Of a stretch of 64,000 nt of DNA, positions 52,608-64,000 are shown one piece after another (within the stretch, counting starts at the first letter, position 1; every line of letters begins with the position of its first letter). Source of the stretch: Lingula anatina (lineage: Eukaryota > Animalia > Brachiopoda); contig CM120645.1 in NCBI GenBank assembly GCA_051362555.1, forward strand, positions 21,886,001-21,950,000, read 5' to 3'. The position numbers and the translations under genes were made by a program. The notes under the pieces were generated by a model. The model did not search any database. It had not been told where the DNA came from and saw nothing but the letters and a program-made list of their open reading frames with translations.

Positions 52608-55600
52608 TTCTACACGGACGCGAAAACGAGGCTATCTTCAATAACCACTATTACCCCAGCGCCCTCTTTAGGACAAACGGCTCCGCGTATAGCCCCATTA
52701 TAACCCCCTCTAGGAAATTGGGGTATATACAGTCATAAGATTATGTATGTGTGCATTTATTCCATCTAACGTAAGAAGATTAGATACAATTATAACGTCA
52801 GAAAATACAATAGAGGGAGTGTGATAATGATAGGGTCGCTAAACGATTTTGACGGAATATAGTGACTAGCCTTATCCTCTTGTCGCCTGGGTAGGCACGC
52901 CCCCTTAGAGTATTTATGTAAACAAAAGGTCTTCCATAGAGAACTATCCTTTTGTTCAACAGCTTCGCGCGTGCAGCGGATTATGTATATAGTGACGCTA
53001 TACAGTTAAATGCAGTTAAATCTGTGAAAGCTGTTACTTAATTTATTCTGCTGTGTCGGACGTTGTGGGCCAGCCCAATGGTTCATTCACTCATTCTTTT
53101 CTGAAGATTGGTGATGCATATTTCGAATGCTTAATTATTTGCCCTCCTTCTTACAAGAGAAAGGAAAAGGGGAGAGAAACGGAGACAGTGTCAAATAAAA
53201 AGGGTAAAGAGTAATATAATACATTAATTAAAGGGACTCGCGGTGGAAGAAACGATAGACTGTTTTGCATCAAGGTATGCAATTATAATCCCACATGGCC
53301 ATCGCATATACGGCCGTAGTTTAAATACATTACTCATAGTTGTATTTAATTACGTTATTTTGCTGACTAGACATACATTTTAAAGATGGTCTTTCAGGAA
53401 ATCGTTTTGTTTGAAATAACACACACGACAGAGGTAAAATCACATATAAATTTATTTTGAAATAAAATGTTTCGCTAGATCTTGTTAACACTCAGCGAAA
53501 TGCACCTAGTGATCATATTCAATGTGCCATCATTTAATTGCTTTCTCGGTTTCATTAATTGACGATAATAATTGCAGTAAGCAAGAAGGAGGAAATGCTG
53601 AAGACAAAACAATGCCGTGGGTATGTGTGACTTTCTCCCTTAACATTTTCTATGATGCTGTCAAAGAAAAAGGAACCGAGATAGCGATCATTTAAACCGC
53701 TGCTGTTTACAGGTAGACTTATTCGTTTACCATTTAAATGCCCCCCTCCCCCAACAGACCCAACTTGAGGAATGCCACTGTAGCTACAGTACACTGTATA
53801 TCAAACTTTGGTCCAAATTATGAAATGTTTAAGAAACACAAAACGATAATTTGAGGGTATTTTTTCATTCAAGACAAAATTCAATAACTATGATGTGTGA
53901 CAAAAGAGACTTTACAAAGCTTTACGTGTACTTAGATATATTCCAGTAACATATGGAGATAGGCTAGCGACGTAATTGTAACCTCAACAGGCAGTGGACT
54001 TCTTTGCGTTAAAAACAAATTCATTTCGAAATCAAAAGAGCATTTTTTTGGGGGGGCGCGTGGGTGGGGGGGGGGTAAATAGTAACTCATTCCGTAATCC
54101 TTCCTGCGCATTTATTTAATCGTATCAAAACGTTTGATACACAATGTTCACTAGTGTCATAATTTTGGCGATGTATTAAAACCATAATTGTACAAAGTAG
54201 GTTAGCATAAGTCAGGCAACAACCAGTGTGAAGAACAACTCCCTTTTTAAGTGAGGCAAGACAACCTATTCAAACTGATTATAACCTTGATAAAGACACA
54301 AGGTAAAGGAGTTATGTAAACTAGCGGGTGAAAACACATTCTTTGTCACTGTTACAAGACAATGGAGGCGACCAAGTGGGGTAATTACAATATACCCCTG
54401 TACAGTCAAAGAGAAATTAGTTATGAAAGCTTACATCGGGTCAGCCCTTAATTTGCTTGTCCGAAAGAAAGAGATAGATGTCGCAACGCGAATCCTTTTA
54501 TTAACCCTTCATGAGTTTGTGTAAAGTGTGAAAGACAGGCAACGATCTCGAGTCGCTGTTGATATTGTTCGCAATTAATATTGGAGTATACCGCCTACAT
54601 GTAAACATCAGACAAGGCGTTGAGATCGATAAAAGTGGAGGTTTATCTGAAAAATTAGATGCCATTTTTGTGAAATGACTTATTAAGTGATGTGCATGTA
54701 CCGAACATGTTTAAATTCTTGATTTTTATTATTTGAAACATCTTCATACACGGCCTCATATTTATATTTCTCTCAGGCCATACTCATTTTATTGTATAAC
54801 ATGGGACTCTAAAGCACAGGACATTGTGAAAGTTAATTGGCTACAGAGACTTGTTATCCTTTATGCAGTTTTATAGCGTGGATGAACTAGAAACAGGCTT
54901 TTCTTAGCTTTACTTAATTTACAAAAATTTAAACAAAATCAATCTGCAAGGCTTGCTTTGACTTGATGTTAACCTAACACTGGTTTTAAAAGGAGTAATA
55001 TAAATATGTTGGATGGATTAAATCACCGACACCGTTCTATTTTAACTTAACGTGGTCATATACACAGTAACACAGATAATTTTTATAAGTTGTCTGTCGT
55101 TCAGCAGGCATTATAGGCGAGTAGCCAAACAGTGACGATGATCAATCCAAGTAAAATCTAGGCAAGTATTGTTTACAAAATAGATCATGATGAATAAACC
55201 TACGCTTTAATAAATTACCACCACACGGTTCTGTTTTTGTCACTTAAAAGCTTTCGTTTAAAGACGCTCAATGATATCAAAAATGATTCGACGCTTTAAA
55301 AATGGACCGGTTCAAGGGGCATTTTTTGTTTCAGCTAGGGACTTCAGGTAGAGGATTCAGTGTAGGTGTTTCCTCGGATGATAACAGCATCACACCCTAG
55401 GTCTAAGCGAGTTGACTAGAAGCTTTTTGTCCAAGCTTCCTATTCCTACTACTAAACTAATAACTCTAAACCACAAAGTTTTGTGCGGTAAAAATATTTA
55501 AACTAAATGAGGTGCATTGACAGAGGCACAAGTACAATCCAACGCCAATGTGCAACAGGGGAAAGTCTGACAGTGTATTACATAATATATGAAAGTGCGG

Positions 55601-56274
55601 TCAACATTAACAGTGTAAGACATCAGTTAAAGAGGAGGGGGTCTTACTATCTTTTGTTAAACGCGACTGTTATTATCTCTCGAACAACTTGACGTTTCAT
55701 GCACAATCATCATCGAAAGCCTTATATCAATATGCTGCATGCGCAGTCGATTTTTATCAAAATAAAAAGTGTGTTTCATACAAGCAAAATCTAACTTTCC
55801 TTTATAACTGTTACTGAACAGCGAAGAGTTACATAAACCCAGTTATAAAATTACAAATGTAATTATGAGGCTAATTTCTCTTATGTGGAATAAAATATTT
55901 TGTTGGCTTTCAAATGATAGGACACTCACTTTAATCTTAAAAGAAGTTAGTTAATGTGCTCGTTCCCCTAACGCGCGTGCCAAAAGTTCTCATCAAATAA
56001 CCAGATACACACCTGTCTATACTGGTAACTAGTGAAAATCTATCTGTGGCCTTTGATAATGGGTAGACACTCACCGCCTTAGTTGCGACAATGATTATTT
56101 CTTCACAGCGATTTATTCATTTAATTATTAAATCATAATATATTTATTAAATTATTTGAAATAATTTACTCTTTTTTAATGATTTATACCATCTAATTTT
56201 TATCTTTTTTATTTGATTCTTAATGTCATCTAATTATTTACTTAATTCTTTAAATAATTTATTTATTTATTTAT

Positions 56275-56443
56275 CAAGCCCGTAGCCAGCAATTTCAAAG
56301 GGGGGGGGGGTCTTTTTCTGAAAAAGTGGACATTTTACCGAAAAATCCCCATGTATTTATGTCAAATTTTACCCAGAGTGGACCTTTTTTCAGCAAAAGG
56401 GAGTTCTTTCGAACCTCTTGAACTCCCCCTGGCTGCGGGCCTG
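56275..56443. mobile_element. Short MITE, CAGGCCCGTAGCCAG family, copy 2, inserted in a (TTTA)n tract
   Basis: Ends CAAGCCCGTAGCCAG / CTGGCTGCGGGCCTG with ATTT microsatellite on both sides. Confidence 0.75.
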
Positions 56444-56444
56444 T

Positions 56445-56483
<39 letters not shown>

Positions 56484-58722
56484 TTAAGATTTTCTATTAT
56501 TATTCTTTTACGGATTCGCTCTATTATTTTATATAAAATGTAACTTAATGTAGTAATTGAGGCAACGCTTGTTTTAATAATGTTTCTTTCTTTGTTATTT
56601 CTAAACAGTAATCTATTTTTACACAGGTCGCGATGATGAAAATTTGTGTACGGAGCATCTTTAAACTTTTTGAGACGGGTGATTTGTTGATCATGCTGAT
56701 GTACGACATGCATGTTTATCAAATTCAATTTTTGACCACAGAACACTTCATATTGAATTAAATAGCTGATACTAAATTAAACTAGCAGTTATCTTGCAAC
56801 ACTTAAAACATGATCAGCTGCGCGTGCCAAGCTAGTGAACATAAGGATAGGTGGCCACGGGAGTGGCACGCGTTAGCATGGGTTCTAGCATCTTAAAGCT
56901 ATAATCCTATTGTCACAACAAACAATGGGCACCTTCTGGCTGATGCATCCTGCTGTTAATTACACCTAGTCACAGCGGATTGTCGCGCTCGCGCTGGACC
57001 ACAGAAACAGGCGTCATGGGGTTCACTCGCCTAAGGTATTGTGTGTTATTACGCCTAAACTATTGTGTTTTTGCGTTCGAATTTTGAAGGGATTAGACGG
57101 CTTTCCATTGTTTGTCCGCCCCCTTCTATTCACAGGATAGGGATTAAAACATTCTGACGCTTTTAAAACGTCGTACAACGGAAACATAATTATTATTTCT
57201 ACTGTACGAGTTAGCTCTGTGTAAATCTATATAGGCCTACATGTTATTTGTCATTAATGTGTAGTACGTAAGACTAGTGTTTCTTAATTTAACAAAAACA
57301 TGTTAAATTGTCAGTATAATTGTCAGTATAATTATTTATTTATTTTTGACTGTATTGTAAATATCGCTGTACATCTCTTTTAGGGTTTTTATTTTATACT
57401 ATTTTGGTTTGGAAGTCAGAATAAAGTAAACTTTGAAGCAGCCACCTGGGTTTAGTTAATTATTCCCGGTAACATATTTGAAGGGCTAAATCATTTTATT
57501 GCCGAATAGGTCTACACGTACAAATATAAATAGCGAGTGTTTTTTCCCTTTCGCTCACCTACATCTCGATTCTGTTACTGTATGGGTTTCATTCGTAAAA
57601 GATTTCAAAATGGTTGTTCAGAGTCTAGGCCCTACATACATGTATACTAATTAACTTAAAAATGCGTTTTAAAGTGCAACTCTAATGATATTGTCACCCT
57701 TCACCCAAAACTTCTCATTTACTGCCTTACATACATTCTTTTGGGTAACAGATAAATCTTCAGTGTTCAGTGACTAAATTAATTAAATTTTACACGTATG
57801 TCATCTTACGCGTGACTTAATAATTACGATTTTGGGGCAAATTTTAAAAAATCGGTCTCTCAGTTTTTTCTTTTACCTGAGCACCTACGATCACCGTTTC
57901 AACGCCCATTTGATGACACCTATTAGTACTCCAAAACCCTGCCAGTTATTTTTCTTTAAAGTCTTAATTAGTTCGGAATTATCGTTGATAAAGCATACTA
58001 ATGTCTTTGTTTCATGAAAACCATTATTTAGGGGCTCATGACTCAATAACAGTAGTATTTAAAGCAAAATGACGGCACGGGATTGTAGCCTATGCACACC
58101 TGGTCAACTCTACCAATTTCCTTGATAAAATCTTGTTCAAGGATGAAGTATAAGCCTCCTACTGATTGCTATCTCACCTCAACGTAGAAAGGTGTTAAAG
58201 TTTTGAGTTGCCTATTTATGCTTTTACATTGCAAAGAAAAATATCTTCGCCGATATTTTATATTTTTGAGGGTTTTTCCAGTTTTAAACCAGAAAGATAG
58301 AGGCATTATTGAATAATAAGATGCAGGAAAACTCATTTTCGGTATCTGGATGAAAATAAAGGGTCACAATACCCTTAAATCTAACTATAACAGAACTTTA
58401 CCGGAACGAGAGCGAATGCTTTCGCTGCGGTAATCGCAGAAAAGCGTTACAGAAAAATCGCTTTGCCAATTTCATTAAATTTTCATAATCCTTTCTATTG
58501 CATAGGAAACATGCCCATTTCCTCGGCAGTTGAAGGAAAATTGCTTTTCCCCTCTTTCATGTTCCTAATGGTCGCCACACGTATTCAGTAACAATGTGGT
58601 AAGCGCACGGCAGCTGCATTACTCTGAACTTAATTTCAACAAGTATTCTGTAAGCGACATCGTCACACAAGAGTCAGGATATACGTACAAATTGTAGCTA
58701 ATTAATACCTGAGCTGTCACGC

Positions 58723-58731
58723 CTATATAAA
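58723..58731 (+). promoter_or_regulatory. Candidate TATA box of the Pax gene
   Basis: CTATATAAA about 120 bp upstream of the candidate ATG at 58844. Confidence 0.4.
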
Positions 58732-59317
58732 CCCAACCGAATTTTCTAACTCCAAGATGACTGGGAATTTGTGTCGGGTGGTAAGTTTAACCTGGCTTTG
58801 GTATCGGCGTTAACATATGTTGTGCTTAACAAGAGTGAAATCAATGGCAAGCATTCCGAATACAGTTATGTACGTTTTCTGCTGAATCCTTTCACCATCT
58901 TTGTTATTTTATTAAGAATTGTTTTCTATGTATGAAATTATCACACATGTAGTGGTCTCAGCCTATAAGTGTACGTTGATTCTTAACATTTCCATTCAAC
59001 CTGGTACACAGTATAACTTAAAATATACAAACAATTCAGAGGCCATGGTGAATTTTTTTCGTATTTAAGCAACACATACATGTACATTGCGTCCATTTAT
59101 TTCATTTTATTTTTAAGTAGCCTACATTGGTATTTTTTTCTTACAAGTGCTTGATTTTATGTAAAGTCTGTTGAACATTTTAAATGGCTTTGGATTCATA
59201 TAAATAAATAAGTGAATAAATAAATAAATAAATATAAATAAATAAATAAGTAAATAGTATATTATTACTTTTTTCAAATTTTAATTTAATATTAAAATAT
59301 TTCAATTTCATCTCTAG

Positions 59318-59538
59318 GCCAAACAGGTGTGAACCAGCTGGGCGGTGTTTTCGTCAACGGACGCCCCCTGCCGGACCAGGTGAGAATGAGGATTGTGGAA
59401 CTCGCCATGCTGGGGGTACGGCCCTGCGATATTTCACGTTACTTGCTGGTGTCACATGGTTGTGTTAGCAAGATACTGACGAGAATCTTCGAGACTGGAT
59501 CGACACGGCCCGGTTTTGCGGGAGGGAACAGACCAAAG
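59318..59538 (+). CDS. Paired-domain exon (PAI subdomain) of a Pox neuro-like Pax gene; possibly a pseudogene
   Basis: [66 protein letters not shown], bounded by CTAG| and |GTAGGT. GQxGVNQLGG, LLVSHGC and KILTR are Poxn-type residues. Confidence 0.88.
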
Positions 59539-59887
59539 GTAGGTCGAAAGATTGAGCTGATAGTTTTTAAGCCTACTAATTCCGTTGTTTACATCAACTT
59601 GAATGACTTCTTTGAGCTAATTTAACAGACATAAACTTCAGGTATTAAATGGAATTTACCGTTATCTATCCGTTCTAAGCTATCGCCTAATGAGAGAAGA
59701 ATCTTATCAACTGTGTGATGTCATATAAGATAAAAGTGATTTTCTTCTTCTATTTCTTACCTCAATATTAGCTGTTGATTAAAGAAAATCACTTCACTCT
59801 TAATAAGCATTATGTTCACACACGCGCTTCTGTGTGTTCCAAATAGTGATACATGTACAAGTACAGGTTATACATGATTTGTTTCAG

Positions 59888-60602
59888 CTTCATTCACTTA
59901 ATTCACACTGGGTCTCTGCTCGGCAAAAGGCACTACCCTTCAACTACAACATTAACGCCATACAAAAACGACGCACCTGTAATAAAACGTGCGTCGCTTG
60001 TAATTAATAAAGGAAATAACATTGCGTCGAATACAAGACAAGGAGGGGACTTGGGATCAAACCAAATGCACATATCACGAGAATTTAAGTCTGACATCAC
60101 AACGGCGAATGCAGGTACTTCAGGCCCGCCTGCGTTCTTCAGAGTTTCCAATGTTATTGAACGGAAGCTTTTTCGAAATACATCATCTGCGCCTCTTCAT
60201 AGGTCAACGCCATGCGAAGTAGCGTTTGTGTCGACAAAAATGCATCAAACTTACACGAATAATGACATGAGCGACGCCGTTCCATATCCACAAATTAGAA
60301 ACGTTTATCAGGCCGCAAATACAACTTTCGAAAAACTTTCTGCTCAACATTGTAATGACACAGAAAGATTGAAAACGATTGTTTTGACAAAACTCCAGAA
60401 GCATGGTGACATTCACAATGAGAGAGAAGAAGACTCTGAAAACACTATAAATAAAATGAGTAGAGATAATGACGAGAAAAATGACGCCATTGTCGCAACG
60501 GATGTCAAAGGAACGATTGATTCTAAAAAGCATCACATTCCCACTACTTCAGTAGACTTAACGCTGGATCTGGTTCCACACGGACGCCCAATAAAACAGT
60601 GA
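59888..60602 (+). CDS. Probable terminal exon of the Pax gene (low-complexity C-terminal region)
   Basis: Acceptor TTTCAG at 59887 opens a reading frame of about 237 codons. It has no recognisable domain and is not in frame with the paired exon if spliced directly. Confidence 0.45.
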
Positions 60603-63600
60603 ATCAAGAACTTTGCCAGATCATATAAATGTAGAATTACAAAGCCCGTTTCTAGTTGGCACACAAGAACCTTGTTCCTCTCAAATATTAACAATTAATG
60701 CCAGCGATATCGGTGAGCGATTTTGCAAAAGTAAACAGAAAAGACGAAAGGGCCGCTGCCAGATTGTCTCATAGCATTGAAAGCATTTTCGGTAGAAACA
60801 GGCCAAATCGGCCTACTCGGGACGCTATAGTGATAGAAATGCTGACTTAGTCAAATTCTAATCGCTCTTTTTAAATAAGGCGGCATATCCTCTCGGTTTT
60901 TATAAAATTTGGAGTAGGAGCATTTTATTCTACATATACATGTAACCATGTTCCCTGTATATTATTTTTCTTATACATTGTAAATAATGAAAATGGCGGG
61001 AGATAAAGGAATAGAGACCGGTAAGATGTGGCCTTTCAAGTTTTATACTAATACTGATTCATTTCTCTCCCCCTTTCTCTCTCTCCCTCATTCCATACTT
61101 GTACATTAATTGCTCTTTCTCTCTCTCTCGCTCTCTCTCCCTTACACACACACGTCTGCAAATGCATGACCTTTAGGTTCGTGTCTTTGAAAAAAATTAT
61201 CATTGTTCCATAAAGATAAAGAACATAAAGTAAACACTAAATCTTTTCGATGAGCAAAAATATCAAACATTTAGATACATAATTTTATAAGTACAATATT
61301 AATTCTTTGTAGCATTTGTGGTGCCTTTACTGCATAGAATATAACTATATGGTAGTATGTTTTTAATTTTGTTTGTACCATCCGATGGGAATTATTCTGA
61401 TTTAATGACTTTGAAAATTCCGAATACATTTGTAACCTTGGTTGGTTACCAATTTTATGAGAACGGCAGATTGAACACTCGGAACAACTTCAGTTGTAGA
61501 TCATGAAGATCTTTATTCTTCCCACTCGGGCTACAGGCTGGCACGCAGGCAGAGACAGTCGCTACGATCCGCCTGGGTCTCTCTCTCTGTATCTGAGAGG
61601 CCCAGAATTTATAGGGAATTGCACTGATTTCTGCGTGCCCAAAAACTATTAGTAAACGTATATGATTTAAAATGAAGACCAATAAAACTAAATACAGGGA
61701 CTAAGTTATTTGTTATAGTAGCTCTGAACATGGATTTATTCTCCGGGTAGGAAGGTTACATATCGCTCGGACCTGGGATTGGCCTCAACTGAAATTTACC
61801 CAGGTGTAGTGACTGTTTTTGGTGGAAGAGATCAAAAGAGCGAAATGACTATAATGAGGCCAAAGTATTTCTACAATTTTAGAGTCGTCACCGGGTTTCC
61901 CTTTTTGTCATCTGAAAGGGGTGCATCTTCAATTACTTAAATTAATTACTCTACCGAGATTTTGGTTTCAAATTTTGGTTTCTCTTCCGAGATTGAAAAT
62001 GTCATTTAAAGGCAGAGACAAATTGTATAACGCTACCGTATTATACAATATTTGTAAAAATCACAATTTAATTTAACGAAAAGATCGAATGCATGTAATA
62101 ACTGTATAATGGGCAGATGCAGATCATCTGTAAAACTCATCTTTTTCAATTTACAATAATTGTTCATTAAATGAAACAGGACCTTCAATGATTAGGGCAT
62201 GCATAGTGGGGAATACCACAGTTTATTTTGCCCTGAATTGCATGTGTTTACTTACGTTTTCAGACCTTAACCTTGATTCAAATTAGGTTTTTAATTGATG
62301 ATGGGTCTGCATGATTGCCCAAAGTTCAACTCAGATGAACTTTGTTTAACAATGCTGTTATGAATTAAGTGTAAATAGTGCAGTTTAAGGTAGAGATTGA
62401 TGGTAAAAAGTGCTTTATGATACAGAATGATTGTTACCTATTACAAAAATTGCAATTAATTATTATCAAATTCAATGTGTATGTGTGTGAGGGTGTGATA
62501 AATATATTTAGAAAAAATTTTAATGATATTCTGTTGAAAACTCTTTTAATTTTTTCTAGGCTTGAATAGGACCAGGATTAATCCTTTTGCCATTCTCGTA
62601 ACAAAATTATCGTAACAAAAGCACCCATCATTTCCAAATGCTGTGTGGCAGTGAGCACCATCACAACCTCTGTGATACTTCTGTGGGATGAAAAATATAT
62701 TCTTGAGTTGGGCTGTCCCTAATATTAATAGTCATTGGTTATCAGTTTATAGAAATGCAGTTTATGAAATCATTTTAGGTTTTAACCACATAAAATTAGT
62801 TAAAAGTGTAGGGTATGTGCCAAAATCTACTTATTAAAAATAAAACAAGATTATTCAAATGCAAATAGGGATTGGTACCAGGTATCAGTGAAAGAAAACC
62901 TGCCAACTCTGGAAATTTTTTTAAAATAATATTATTTGTAAAAGTTGAAGTGGTCCACTTTATGACAGGGAATTGTGTGTTAGTTGGTGAAGTATATAAA
63001 TGTGTACCAGTCAAGTAAGGCAGCATTCAATTATCACCTACTGGGTAATCAATTTACAATGTAATGTAAAATAACGATTTTTGCACAGTTTTAAAGATTT
63101 TAATTAAAATGGATGTAAAAAATATTGACATTTTCTGTTGGTGATACCATGTTTCAGATGTTCTACAAGTATTTCAAATGTAAAAAGGAAATAATATAAC
63201 AATGTGATTAAATAAAAATTGTCTTTCATTTGTTATTTTTTCATATTTCAGTGAAAGGAATACCCTCATCAATTGGTTTCATGAAATGAAAATGGTTTAT
63301 TTACAACAAAAAAACGTCACAAGTTTTTATATAAGCATCCTGGTAAGTGCCATAAAAATCATTTTCATTGTCTCCACTTACTAGTTTCTCTTTATAAGAA
63401 ACACTAAAATACGTAAAACTAAAACGAGGCTGAAGTGTTCGAGATAGCACAAAGTCAAAGCGAGGCTAATATACGGATACTGTTAGGGCGAGTTTTCAGG
63501 CTTACATGGCTGTGAATTGATCTGTGCCATTCCTAGGCTGAGGCAAAATTCTTTACATGCTTAAATTGACAGAAAGCTGAATAAATTTGCCACAACTTAA

Positions 63601-63716
63601 CTGGTAATTCAAAGTTGGACGGAGGCCTCTATCGATGCAAAGTTCAGAGTTAAATATGAATTTCCGTATTTGCATTGGTAAATTTTCGATTTTAAACTCA
63701 TTTCTAACACTAAATA

Positions 63717-63718
<2 letters not shown>

Positions 63719-63763
<45 letters not shown>

Positions 63764-63823
63764 GCGGTGTTTAGTATCGGTAGTGTAACAAAGAGAGAGA
63801 GAGAGAGGCAGAGAGAGAGAGAG
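63719..63823. repeat. (CT)n tract followed by an interrupted (GA)n tract
   Basis: Read directly: CT repeat at 63719-63762 and GA repeat at about 63793-63823. Confidence 0.9.
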
Positions 63824-64000
63824 CACTAAATGATTTGAGGATACATTTGCAGGCTCACTTGACTACATTATGTACAAAATATATACAGATAAACATTCAT
63901 ATATGTTTACTTATTTTAGGCGTGTAACATGCTTAGGAGCTAAACGTGTTTAGCGTCTTACACATCCATAGAGATAAGTATTGTATCAACAATACAATGT

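Larger units (their letters stand above)
50117..52696. mobile_element. Internally deleted ISL2EU-like DNA transposon (THAP-HTH transposase on +, SAP/YqaJ exonuclease on -)
   Basis: Termini GGGGCTAT / ATAGCCCC with AT on both flanks (50115-50116, 52697-52698). Two convergent intron-containing gene remnants have the domain content known for ISL2EU. Confidence 0.8.

Noticed and set aside
59629-59641. 13-nt micro-exon (AG|ACATAAACTTCAG|GT) that could restore the Pax reading frame
   Set aside because: It works only with a weak alternative donor (GTCGAA at 59543). With the strong donor it reads ACA TAA. It cannot be supported without transcripts.

Overview
AT-rich, intron-containing animal genomic DNA, probably from a marine invertebrate (a lophotrochozoan or mollusc is inferred only from repeat types and gene content). 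It is not prokaryotic, and no CRISPR array, rRNA gene or complete tRNA gene was seen. I reconstructed four host genes by hand from GT-AG junctions and reading frame. (1) A 3-exon PLCXD-family phospholipase C (minus, 13517-15992). (2) Head-to-head with it, a 9-exon gene of about 1425 aa (plus, 17843-31811) with an unusual PDZ-PDZ / degenerate ROC-COR / death-domain architecture, the most interesting item in the window. (3) A 12-exon TMEM43 (minus, 37081-45438). (4) A Pox neuro-like Pax gene (plus, about 58844-60602) that has only the PAI half of the paired domain and shows signs of decay. Mobile DNA includes a decayed Mag-like Gypsy LTR element, a decayed Tc1 element, a Helentron-like non-autonomous element, a 5'-truncated LINE with an intact 1088-aa ORF, an internally deleted ISL2EU-like transposon (THAP/HTH plus SAP/YqaJ), and several MITE families with readable TIRs and TSDs. 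All domain calls come from recognising motifs by eye; no searches were run.
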